From IMG/VR virus record IMGVR_UViG_3300027784_001663: a DNA stretch of 64,000 bases. One strand, given 5' to 3'. The stretch's first letter is position 1, and each line of letters opens with the position of its first letter. Positions 16,778 to 25,974 of this stretch are shown piece after piece. Under the pieces are notes generated by a model that was given only the letters and a program-made list of their open reading frames with translations, was not told where the DNA came from and searched no databases. A program made the position numbers and the translations under genes. This stretch comes from a virus.

Positions 16778-17611
16778 TCAATAATTCAAATTTGTTAAAG
16801 GAATATCAAAAGTTCTTTTACTTTTAATAATAGAATAGATACCATCTCCTAATTCTTTCGATAAATTTGCAGTTTGTTTTCTTATATCAAATTTAAAAAC
16901 CAATATAACAGGTAATCTATCACTAAATCTTTCTATAAAAAATGGATTTATTAGATCTGCTATATACGAATTCTGTCTAGCAGTATTTCCCATATACTTA
17001 TTTATATTATCTACTACAAGCCAATCACAAGTTAAATATTCAGATACTTCATTACTATCTTTTTTAATCAAATTTTTTAAAACAGAAAAATCAACCCAAT
17101 TATAAGTATGTCCCCTAAATTTATTGGAAAATCTTAATCCTATAATTTCTTTCATTAAAATAGAAGCACAAAGTGTTCTCCCTTTAGGCTCATCCGATTC
17201 ACCATATATAACAACATTTGAACCTTGATCTAGACGCTTATCAAGGACACAATGTTCACTATATTTTTTATGAAATGCATAATAATCTTTATCATTTCTA
17301 GAATCGATATCAATATCTTTCCATTGTTTATTCCAACAATATTTACAAATACTATTTCTAGCATTTATGACTGTCTTACTATCTAATAATTGTTCAGATT
17401 CATTTACATTTTTTGACGCAAATCCGTCTAAATCAAAAATTGACATTTTTTCAAAACCACTAGGAATAACAACATCAATATAGGCAAGATATTCTGCAAT
17501 AATAATGATATTATGTTTTTTATTTTCATCTAGATCTTTAAAAGATTTCTTATAATATATCTTAGATATCATTTCCTTTTTTTTAGATTTTATATTTTCA
17601 ATATTTCTCAT
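16778..17611 (-). CDS. DnaC/IstB-like helicase loader with degenerate P-loop
   Basis: NVVIYGESDEPKGRT (altered Walker A), WLVVDNI (Walker B), FFIERF..RLPVI; directly upstream of dnaB. Confidence 0.6.
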   Translation of the reverse strand: MRNIENIKSKKKEMISKIYYKKSFKDLDENKKHNIIIIAEYLAYIDVVIPSGFEKMSIFDLDGFASKNVNESEQLLDSKTVINARNSICKYCWNKQWKDIDIDSRNDKDYYAFHKKYSEHCVLDKRLDQGSNVVIYGESDEPKGRTLCASILMKEIIGLRFSNKFRGHTYNWVDFSVLKNLIKKDSNEVSEYLTCDWLVVDNINKYMGNTARQNSYIADLINPFFIERFSDRLPVILVFKFDIRKQTANLSKELGDGIYSIIKSKRTFDIPLTNLNY

Positions 17612-17617
17612 ATTTAA

Positions 17618-19435
17618 TTAAAATTCTATATCTAAATCTTTGTTCCCTTCAAAAGACGGAATCTTATCTGCTCTAAGTTTCGAATTTGCTCTTATAATAG
17701 CAGAATTTTCAGCCCACTCTCTTAAATCTATAAAAGTATCTTCACTGACTTTATACAGTGGAGTAGAATCATTTAAAGCCTGAATAATATCATCTTCAGT
17801 AATATCTCTTTTATTATCATGAAATGCTGTTAGCATTGCTGTCTCAATAGCTTTTTCGATTTCGGCACCACTACATTTATCACTATTAGAATCTGACGCT
17901 AACATTGAGATATTAAATTTATCGGGATTTCTACCCTTGCGCTTTAGTAATACCTTAAAAATTTCTTCTTTCTCTGTTACATTAGGAATATCAACAAAAA
18001 ATATTTCATCAAATCTTCCAGCCCTTAAAAATTCGGGAGGAATTGACTCATGATTATTTGCTGTAGCTACTACAAATACTGGATATTTTTTCTCTTGCAT
18101 CCATGTTAAAAATGTACTAAGTACTCTACTTGTAGTTCCACCATCTGTACTTCCACTAGATTTACCACCTGATAAACTTTTTTCTATTTCATCTATCCAA
18201 AGACAACAAGGAGAAATAGACTCTGCTAATTTAAGAGCTGATCTTGCTCTAGCTTCTGATTGACCAACTAAAGAATCAAATAACCTTCCAAAATCTAACC
18301 TTAATAAAGGAAGCTCCCAAGTCCCTGCTATAGCTTTGCAAACTAAGCTTTTACCAGTTCCAGGCAACCCAACAGATAATAATCCTTTAGGTTGTGGAAG
18401 ACCATAATCTCTTGCTTCCTGTGAAAAACAATCCCTTCTCTTTTTTATCCAATTAATTAGATTACCTAAACCCCCTACATCTTTTATAGTTAAACTAGTA
18501 TCAAAAAATTCAAGAATTCCTGTTTTATTAATAATTTGTCTTTTTTCACTTAATATCGTAGGAATATCCCAACGCTTTTTTTGAACGATAGATTTTGTTA
18601 AAGCGAGCTCTGCTTCTGGTAAAGATAAACCTGTTACAGAGTTTATTAAATCTTCTTCATACGTTTCTGTAATTTTTCTTAAATTTAATAAATCTGAATT
18701 TACAAAATTATTTTTATTATCTTTTTTACTCTTTTCATCTTTTTTCTTATTTTTATTATTATCATCTAATTCATCAATTTGCTCACTAACTTCACGCATT
18801 TGTTCTGCTCTTTCTTGTTCACCTACCTTACCTTCAACACCTTCAACTATTTTATACAAAACATCTTTAATTTCTTCTTTACTACATTTAGGAAAATTTA
18901 ACATTGGCATAGATGATTCGATAACTGGTGTGGATGTATATTGGGGGCCAGTGACAATTGTCGTAACTATCCCCTCATGGAAACTTATTTCTTTAAGTTG
19001 CCTTTCAATATCAGGATTTTCCCCGATATACCTGAAAAAATCAAGTAATACATATATTTCCCCATTAATACCTTCAGATTTTTTAGACTTTACAGCCTCA
19101 TAATTTCCATTAAAACTACGACCTCTACCTATTATATAAGTTAATGCTTCCATAGGATCTTTACAATCGTCACTAGCAGATACTGCTTTTTCCCTAGAAA
19201 CCAAATCATACATCCCATTGTAATTATCCCACATAAAAATTTTATATCCTTTTACTTTAGCAAGAGCATCCAGATACATCTTAAATCTTTTTTCTTCATC
19301 TGTTTCCACATAAAACAAAGGACATCTAGTTCTCAACAAGGTAATCATTTCTTGACGGAATTCTTCATTTCCCATTATTTCCATCGTTCTTACATTTTCA
19401 TCTACTGTTACATCTTTTTTTTCTTCTTTACTCAT
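17618..19435 (-). CDS. Ycf46-like double-domain AAA+ ATPase
   Basis: Degenerate N-terminal ATPase-like domain; DVGGLGNL, GLPGTGKS, LDFGRLF, IDEIEK, ATANN, FLRAGRFDEIFFVD. Confidence 0.85.
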   Translation of the reverse strand: MSKEEKKDVTVDENVRTMEIMGNEEFRQEMITLLRTRCPLFYVETDEEKRFKMYLDALAKVKGYKIFMWDNYNGMYDLVSREKAVSASDDCKDPMEALTYIIGRGRSFNGNYEAVKSKKSEGINGEIYVLLDFFRYIGENPDIERQLKEISFHEGIVTTIVTGPQYTSTPVIESSMPMLNFPKCSKEEIKDVLYKIVEGVEGKVGEQERAEQMREVSEQIDELDDNNKNKKKDEKSKKDNKNNFVNSDLLNLRKITETYEEDLINSVTGLSLPEAELALTKSIVQKKRWDIPTILSEKRQIINKTGILEFFDTSLTIKDVGGLGNLINWIKKRRDCFSQEARDYGLPQPKGLLSVGLPGTGKSLVCKAIAGTWELPLLRLDFGRLFDSLVGQSEARARSALKLAESISPCCLWIDEIEKSLSGGKSSGSTDGGTTSRVLSTFLTWMQEKKYPVFVVATANNHESIPPEFLRAGRFDEIFFVDIPNVTEKEEIFKVLLKRKGRNPDKFNISMLASDSNSDKCSGAEIEKAIETAMLTAFHDNKRDITEDDIIQALNDSTPLYKVSEDTFIDLREWAENSAIIRANSKLRADKIPSFEGNKDLDIEF

Positions 19436-19495
19436 AATAAATACTCCAACTAAATTAAATTTTCTTGTTAATTTACAATATCAAATTTTATTTCA

Positions 19496-20011
19496 CTAAA
19501 CAAATGGTTTTAATACACATGAAATACGACAAACAGATTTGCTTTTTGAAACTTCAATATCTCCTACTTTTGCTATATTTTCAAACTCTATGATATTATT
19601 TTTTACCTTTTCTTTAGCTAAATCTAAATAAGAAATCTCTCTTCCTCTTAATTCTAAAACATATCTTACTATATTATTTTTATTTAATAATTTAATCACT
19701 TTGTTATTTTTCACTTTTATATCATGATCAGCAATATTAATACCAAATCGGATTTCTTTTACTTTTTGCTTTTTTTGTGATTTTTGTTTTTTTTGCCTAT
19801 TATATTTAACTTTGCCATAATCCATTAATTTACATATAGGTATATTATTAGACACTTCTATGCCTACCTGCACTAAGTCCATTCCTGATTCATTCGCCAT
19901 TTCTAAAGCTTTATCTGTTGAAGTTTCGCCATACTTATCGCCATCACTTAAAATAAGCATTATCACGGGAGCATCAATCTGCTCATTAACACAATTATCA
20001 TACTTTGACAT
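19496..20011 (-). CDS. infC: Translation initiation factor IF-3
   Basis: VNEQI, ALEMA..SGMDLVQV, PICKLMDYGK.KY, VKEIRF...IADHD, LRGRE. Confidence 0.9.
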   Translation of the reverse strand: MSKYDNCVNEQIDAPVIMLILSDGDKYGETSTDKALEMANESGMDLVQVGIEVSNNIPICKLMDYGKVKYNRQKKQKSQKKQKVKEIRFGINIADHDIKVKNNKVIKLLNKNNIVRYVLELRGREISYLDLAKEKVKNNIIEFENIAKVGDIEVSKSKSVCRISCVLKPFV

Positions 20012-20014
20012 TAA

Positions 20015-20971
20015 TTAAATCCTTAAAAAATTATATTTCTTGTTATCTTTCACATATTCAATATTCACTTTTTTTATGTTTCTACTAATTTTATCATAAA
20101 TATTATTCACTTCATAATCTTTTATTTTGATCCATAATGGATAAGGTTGATTTTTTTGAGTTTCCTCAATTATTTTATCTACCCAATCTTGACTAGAAAT
20201 ATTGATACATGATTTTGTAATCATTTGCAAGACTTTTAAATGAGAAAAATTTTGCATTCTTAAATACTGATAAGACAAAACTATACCATAATCATATAAA
20301 AGTTTTTCAATACTTATTAAATTTGATATATCCATTTGTTCAAGACAAAATTTATTTTTTTCTTTTTCTATTTTTTCATATTGTTCTGCATATTTATTAT
20401 TTGCTGCCTCTAAATCATAAAAATTATAAAATGATTCTATATAAAAACGATTTCTCATATTAGAGAAATAAAAATCACCATTTTTCTTAACAACTTCTAA
20501 CAAAAAATTGTCAAAGAAAAAATCAATATAATCTTTTATAATAGAAGACCTAGCATCACCAAATAAAGGTGATATTTCGTCTCTGATTTTATTTATCTCC
20601 AAAGCAGCCGCTGGTTCCCTTAATATCCAATCTTTTTTTAATCTCTTTACATATAAAGAATGAGCATAACCTACTAAATCCCTATTATTCCATTCATCAA
20701 CAGGTTTATTCTTATCATAGGTAAGACATCTTCGTTTAGGGATTTTTTTTGTTGAAAAATCTATTTCTTTTGCTTTTTTATCATACAAAATTTTTAACCC
20801 TTCGGCATTACCTATCTCAATATTATCATCCTTATTTTTATTTTTTTTACTTCTATTTTTTACTTTTTTTTTCTTTTTTTTATTAACATCCCACATCTCT
20901 ACATCTTTTATATTTTTTCCTTGCGATTCCGCAAATATACGAACAATCGGGTCATCATTATCGATAGACAT
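20015..20971 (-). CDS. Hypothetical protein (basic N-terminus, helical core)
   Basis: 318-aa ORF in the replication operon; ends KKYNFLRI*. Confidence 0.55.
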   Translation of the reverse strand: MSIDNDDPIVRIFAESQGKNIKDVEMWDVNKKKKKKVKNRSKKNKNKDDNIEIGNAEGLKILYDKKAKEIDFSTKKIPKRRCLTYDKNKPVDEWNNRDLVGYAHSLYVKRLKKDWILREPAAALEINKIRDEISPLFGDARSSIIKDYIDFFFDNFLLEVVKKNGDFYFSNMRNRFYIESFYNFYDLEAANNKYAEQYEKIEKEKNKFCLEQMDISNLISIEKLLYDYGIVLSYQYLRMQNFSHLKVLQMITKSCINISSQDWVDKIIEETQKNQPYPLWIKIKDYEVNNIYDKISRNIKKVNIEYVKDNKKYNFLRI

Positions 20972-20974
20972 ACT

Positions 20975-22087
20975 TTACTCCACTATTATTAAAAATTCCT
21001 TACCTCTATTTTTCTTAGTCCTATCAGACCTATGACGATAAAAATATTCAAAATCATAAACTTTTATATTCTTTCTATAATCTTTTATAATGTCACATAT
21101 CTTATCTATACTCTTCCAACTAGAATCATTATAACTTATTGCCCATATAGGAACCCATTGAGAAGAATCTAAAAGATCTCTGAAGTTTTTCTCATAAGTG
21201 TTTTTATTAATAAATCTATTATTTTCTTCTTCACTTCTAAAAGGAACATCTGTCTCATCTTCTACATATCTTTCAAAAAAATTATACATTGTACTGTAAT
21301 CACTTTGTTCTCCTCCATAAGGAGGATCAATATAAAAAAGATCAATATTTTTGTCTATTTCTTTCAAATAATCTAATAAACTTATTACATCCATTTGATA
21401 TGCTTCATGTTCGTTTTTATCTTCTGGATATATTGGTTTTATCCATCTGATATCTGATAAGTTTAACTCTCTCCCTCGATTTACCTGATGATTTATCCTA
21501 AGATCATAATCAGCTAAAACTTCCCCATTGTTTAATCTTCCACCAACAAAACACTTTTCCATTATATAATTATTGATATATGCAAAAGATAAAGATTTTT
21601 TTATACACATTTCATTAAATAGGATATTAATATTTTTACGATAATTACTTAATAATTCTATTTCCCTATGAGAAAATTTATTTTTATATTCTAAAAATAA
21701 TGGAAGAGGTTCAGAATGAGAATTATTGTTTATTAAAAATTCTTTTTCTCGTTTTGACAATTCTATATTAGTATTACAAACAAAAGCTAAAGCATTTAAC
21801 CATGATGATTTTAAAATATCATTACAAATAACTTTTTTATTTAGCAATTTCATCGTCATGGAAATAAAACCGCCACCACAAAAAGCGTCTAGAACAGATT
21901 CATACTTTATTTTACTTTTTTCTAGAGAATTGATTATCTGATATATCATTCTTCGCTTATGACCAATATAACGATTTCTGAAAACCCTTAAACGATATTC
22001 TATTTGTTCAGATTGACTAGACATCGTTAAAACATCTTGTCCGTTTTCAAAGTCTATTTCTCTGTCATTATATATTCGTTTAAACAT
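20975..22087 (-). CDS. D12-class N6-adenine DNA methyltransferase (orphan)
   Basis: RYIGHK, motif I LDAFCGGG, motif IV YIDPPY, ISYN; no restriction nuclease nearby. Confidence 0.85.
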   Translation of the reverse strand: MFKRIYNDREIDFENGQDVLTMSSQSEQIEYRLRVFRNRYIGHKRRMIYQIINSLEKSKIKYESVLDAFCGGGFISMTMKLLNKKVICNDILKSSWLNALAFVCNTNIELSKREKEFLINNNSHSEPLPLFLEYKNKFSHREIELLSNYRKNINILFNEMCIKKSLSFAYINNYIMEKCFVGGRLNNGEVLADYDLRINHQVNRGRELNLSDIRWIKPIYPEDKNEHEAYQMDVISLLDYLKEIDKNIDLFYIDPPYGGEQSDYSTMYNFFERYVEDETDVPFRSEEENNRFINKNTYEKNFRDLLDSSQWVPIWAISYNDSSWKSIDKICDIIKDYRKNIKVYDFEYFYRHRSDRTKKNRGKEFLIIVE

Positions 22088-23647
22088 TTATATCTGCAAC
22101 TCTTTAATTTTAAATAATTTTTCAGTCTTATAAATTTTTAGTCTTTGTCTATAATGCTCAATTAAATATTTAGATTGATCTTTAAAATCAATCACATAAG
22201 CATCTTTTTTACCCTCATAAGGTCTTAATATCCTACCAATTCTTTGCAATGCTCTAGTACTAGACTTTCCAGATCCAGCTAAAATAAGAGTATCTAGAGG
22301 ACGACAATCTATTCCTTCATCAAAAATAACAGAACTAATAGTTATCCTCGCTTCTCCTGTTCTCATTTTATCCAAATGTTCATCTCTTTTTTTCTTAGAA
22401 GAACTCCCATGTATAAAAGTACTACCATCTATCATCTTTTCTAATAGATTTCCATGATTTATTTGCTTACATAAAATCAAAATATTTCTTCCTTCTTCAT
22501 ATAGCTTTTTAGCCATAAAAGCTATAGTCTCATTACGTTTTTTATGTTCAACTATAGATTCCTTATATATCTTAGCATAAGAATATCTAGTCATACCTGA
22601 TGGTTTTGGCATAGGAATACAATATATAGTTGGTTGAACTAGATAATTTTTTTCTATTAATTTAGAAGCATTAATATCAACAATAGTTTTCCCAAAACAA
22701 GCATCTATTAAAATATCATCGCCTAGGTCCCTGTAAGGAGTGGCCGATAAACCATATCTATACTGAGCAGCGAAAGAATTATCTGCTATTATTTGACAAG
22801 TTTCTGCTGCCCAATGTTGCACTTCATCTCCTAATATCAATCTAGAATTTTGAATCAGATTTTTTATTTGTTCCCTTGAATCTTCTATATCTGTATCATC
22901 CTTAGTAGCGTCTTCTTCATCATATTTAACCCAAACCCCACCAAGGGATTTAACAGCAGTTTGTATAGTCATTACAGTAATATCTCGAATATCTTTTTCC
23001 CCACCACCAACTTGTCCAACTTTAACTTTATTCCCCATCTTTCTAATTGTTTTTTCAAATTCATCTTTAGATTGTTTTAAGAGATCTACCGAAGGGACAT
23101 AAAAAATCGTAGGAAAAACACTTTTATCGATAATTATACCTGAAGATATTAAAGTCTTTCCTCCGCCAGTAGCTACTTTTATTAATCCTCTATCACAATT
23201 AGAAGTTTTATTTATAACATCTTCTTGATAATCTCTAAACTTAAAATCAGGATTTATATTAAGGATATTAGAAGTGCCTGTTTTTACCCTATTATCTATA
23301 ACTTTATATTCTATATTATATTTCTTAAAGACTTTTAATGCTGAAGATAATATACCAGTTGGAAAATGCATTCCTGATTTTTTTACATTACATTTACATT
23401 TTGATTTATTGTAACATATAGTTGTTATACTTCCATCCCATTCATCTCTCCATTCTTGACCTGGTAAATAATTCCCATTTTTATCCTTGCCTTTTTCACG
23501 ATGTTTTTCAACTGCCCAAATAGCATTTTCAGGCATATATCCTAATTCTCTTTTTAGTTCTTTATAAATATCTTTTTCTATCCGTCCATCTATGAATGTA
23601 GAACTATTATGAACGTTTAAAACTACTGAACTATTGAACATTCCCAC
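22088..23647 (-). CDS. Superfamily 2 DExH helicase (UvsW/XPB-like)
   Basis: FRDYQ, ATGGGKT, DEVQH, SATP, DEGID, QRIGRILR. Confidence 0.9.
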   Translation of the reverse strand: MGMFNSSVVLNVHNSSTFIDGRIEKDIYKELKRELGYMPENAIWAVEKHREKGKDKNGNYLPGQEWRDEWDGSITTICYNKSKCKCNVKKSGMHFPTGILSSALKVFKKYNIEYKVIDNRVKTGTSNILNINPDFKFRDYQEDVINKTSNCDRGLIKVATGGGKTLISSGIIIDKSVFPTIFYVPSVDLLKQSKDEFEKTIRKMGNKVKVGQVGGGEKDIRDITVMTIQTAVKSLGGVWVKYDEEDATKDDTDIEDSREQIKNLIQNSRLILGDEVQHWAAETCQIIADNSFAAQYRYGLSATPYRDLGDDILIDACFGKTIVDINASKLIEKNYLVQPTIYCIPMPKPSGMTRYSYAKIYKESIVEHKKRNETIAFMAKKLYEEGRNILILCKQINHGNLLEKMIDGSTFIHGSSSKKKRDEHLDKMRTGEARITISSVIFDEGIDCRPLDTLILAGSGKSSTRALQRIGRILRPYEGKKDAYVIDFKDQSKYLIEHYRQRLKIYKTEKLFKIKELQI

Positions 23648-23652
23648 CCTTT

Positions 23653-23901
23653 TTAATCTTCTTTTTCCTCTGTAGCAGGGACATCTATACCTAGTTGATA
23701 GATATTTTTAGATTTATCTTTTTTCTTTTTTCTCCAATTTTTCTTTTTTTGCTCATCTGTGTCTTTGTCTTTTTCAAATAGAATTTTAGAAGGAGATTTT
23801 GGAGTTTCTTTAGTAGGTTTAAAACCAGGTTGAGTATTAAGATTAGAAGTCCCTGGCTCTCCTGCTATTTTTTTATATGAACTCGTTTTTAAAATTTTCA
23901 T
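23653..23901 (-). CDS. Small basic hypothetical protein
   Basis: 82 aa, begins MKILKTSSYKKIAG; GTAGGG RBS-like site. Confidence 0.5.
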   Translation of the reverse strand: MKILKTSSYKKIAGEPGTSNLNTQPGFKPTKETPKSPSKILFEKDKDTDEQKKKNWRKKKKDKSKNIYQLGIDVPATEEKED

Positions 23902-23931
23902 GAAACCCTACTTTTTAAATATATTATTAAT

Positions 23932-24114
23932 TTAATTAGCTGGATCTTCTTTATCATTATTTGCAATTTTCTTACGCATATCCATTAATTTAGCTTTTAA
24001 CCCAACTAAATGATTATTTGCAATTATATATTTTGCATCTTTTAACATGTTTTGAATAGTTTCAACACTACATAAAGCTTCAACAATCTTTTTATCTAAT
24101 TCATTATTACCCAT
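23932..24114 (-). CDS. Small helical hypothetical protein
   Basis: 60 aa with AAGGGGA RBS and upstream promoter-like motif. Confidence 0.55.
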   Translation of the reverse strand: MGNNELDKKIVEALCSVETIQNMLKDAKYIIANNHLVGLKAKLMDMRKKIANNDKEDPAN

Positions 24115-24155
24115 AATTAATCCCCTTTCGATCTAATACGTTATTAATACATATA

Positions 24156-24183
24156 ATTCTAAAAAAAATAAATCACTTTTAAA
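24156..24183 (-). promoter_or_regulatory. Putative promoter variant TTTAAA-AGTGAT..(16 nt spacer)-TAGAAT
   Basis: Intergenic AATCACTTTTAAA at 24171-24183 shares the AAAAGTGAT core with the other three sites. Confidence 0.45.
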
Positions 24184-24189
24184 TACTTA

Positions 24190-25269
24190 TTACCAAGTTC
24201 TATTTTTTGATAATAAACTTTGTAAAACCCTACAAGATTCTTCTTCATTTGTACCATCATAATTTCTTTTCATTTTTAATAAATAATTAAAAGGAATATC
24301 TCCATATTTATCTTTTATCTTCTTAACTTTACCCCAAAAATCATCCCTATATTGTTCAAGAACATTATATGTCGTAAGATCTGTTCCTCTATTCCTTTCC
24401 ATCATCCTTTCAAGTACCCCTAAAAACCACCATTGCATAGTGCCATCAGGAGAAATTTGAGCAATTTTTATTGCATCTTTTAAAATATCATCAGATTTAG
24501 TTCTAATATCAAAATAATTAAATAAATCAATACCTAATAACATAATTAAATTAGTAACAAAATCATTTGCAAGTTTTTCAGATCCTAAAGATATTTTTAA
24601 TAAACCAAAAAACTTTTCATACAAAGGACTTTCAAAAATATCTTTTACAACTTCAATTGGACATAAATCATAAGATCTTAAAGTTTCTATAAATAGAAAA
24701 ACATTTTGAACCACATTATTAGAAATATTATTAACAAAAACAAAAGGATAATTGTGATCATTGTCTTTTTTTATTTCTCCTTTATCATAAAATCTAGAAA
24801 TATCAATATAAGAATTACAACCAGACACAACTTTAATATTTTGTAAAGGCTTCTCATAAATAGGACAAATAATATCCTTCATCATAATCCATACTAGAGG
24901 TCTTTGATATAAACGTTCTAATATTAAATTATCTTTCAATATTGTTTCTTCTTTTTGAGATAAAACATCATTATCAATAATTGTCCTCAACCATAACGAA
25001 ATATATAATTTTATTTTATCATAATTATTCTTATCAACTATATCTTTATGAAAAATTCTTCTAGCATTATCTATATAAGCTTCAATTATTAAATAAATAG
25101 TTTCAATAACATTTTCAGATTTTTGAATATGTATACCTAAAATATTATCATCTCTTTCTTCTCCATCATCTACGATAACACAAGCATCTACAAATTCTAA
25201 ACCTTTTTCTGCACAAAGTAGTCTAAGAAAAGATTCAGCTATCTTAAAATCACTTACTGTTAAATACAT
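24190..25269 (-). CDS. Hypothetical protein
   Basis: 359-aa ORF; no firm family motif. Confidence 0.55.
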   Translation of the reverse strand: MYLTVSDFKIAESFLRLLCAEKGLEFVDACVIVDDGEERDDNILGIHIQKSENVIETIYLIIEAYIDNARRIFHKDIVDKNNYDKIKLYISLWLRTIIDNDVLSQKEETILKDNLILERLYQRPLVWIMMKDIICPIYEKPLQNIKVVSGCNSYIDISRFYDKGEIKKDNDHNYPFVFVNNISNNVVQNVFLFIETLRSYDLCPIEVVKDIFESPLYEKFFGLLKISLGSEKLANDFVTNLIMLLGIDLFNYFDIRTKSDDILKDAIKIAQISPDGTMQWWFLGVLERMMERNRGTDLTTYNVLEQYRDDFWGKVKKIKDKYGDIPFNYLLKMKRNYDGTNEEESCRVLQSLLSKNRTW

Positions 25270-25271
25270 TT

Positions 25272-25859
25272 TTATTCCTTTTTTTTATAATCATAATCCC
25301 TTATCTCTTCAGGTGTCATTCCTAACTGAATTAAAAAATCTTCATGAGTCGGACATTTAGAAGAATTTAAAAAATTAGAAGCTTGTTTAATATCTTTTAT
25401 AGTTATTTTACTTTTACTATTTTTTTTATCATTTGCTTTATTTGCATTTTTATCAAATTTTTTATATTTGCGTTTATGGGGCTTATATTTCCCTTTTTTA
25501 TTTCTTTGTATTTCTTTATAAATATCCTCCTCCATTTGATTTATTTCATCATCTGCCAGATAATTCTCATCAGGCTGACCTGCCTCCTCTTTTTCTTGTC
25601 TTTCTTCTTTTGTAGCCCTATCATCAATAATCATAAAAGCAAATGACAACATATCCATAGGTTGCAATTCATACAAAGCAACTTGCCCACAAGAAATACA
25701 TGAAAATTCTATAAATAAATATTCATTATTAGGCTTATGTAGACTATCTTTTACACCTATAGCCGATACCTGCTCTTTGCCGATACTTGTTTGGCATTTT
25801 ATACATTTTAAATTCTCTTGTTTAACTGCTTTTTCCACCCATTCAGGTATTTCTTTCAT
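25272..25859 (-). CDS. Zinc-finger protein (CxxC...CxxC) with charged C-half
   Basis: CIKC...CISC; GGAGG RBS. Confidence 0.6.
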   Translation of the reverse strand: MKEIPEWVEKAVKQENLKCIKCQTSIGKEQVSAIGVKDSLHKPNNEYLFIEFSCISCGQVALYELQPMDMLSFAFMIIDDRATKEERQEKEEAGQPDENYLADDEINQMEEDIYKEIQRNKKGKYKPHKRKYKKFDKNANKANDKKNSKSKITIKDIKQASNFLNSSKCPTHEDFLIQLGMTPEEIRDYDYKKKE

Positions 25860-25940
25860 AATAAACCTCCTAAAGGATAATACCTTATTTCCATTTTATA
25901 TATTCAAATTAGGATTAAAAAATCCTTGATTATTATTAAT

Positions 25941-25967
25941 AATATAAAATTCTTTATCACTTTTCAT
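25941..25967 (-). promoter_or_regulatory. Putative promoter ATGAAA-AGTGATAA..(15 nt spacer)-TATATT
   Basis: Third copy TTATCACTTTTCA at 25954-25966, at the boundary of the structural and replication modules. Confidence 0.5.
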
Positions 25968-25974
25968 TATTACT

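Noticed and set aside
20860-20900. Poly-T/poly-Lys tract as frameshift or phase-variation site
   Set aside because: It encodes an in-frame basic stretch (KKKKKKVK) in an uninterrupted ORF; no alternative frame product is evident.
25911-25926. Hairpin AGGATT-AAAA-AATCCT as intrinsic terminator
   Set aside because: Only a 6-bp AT-rich stem with no U-tract on the coding strand.
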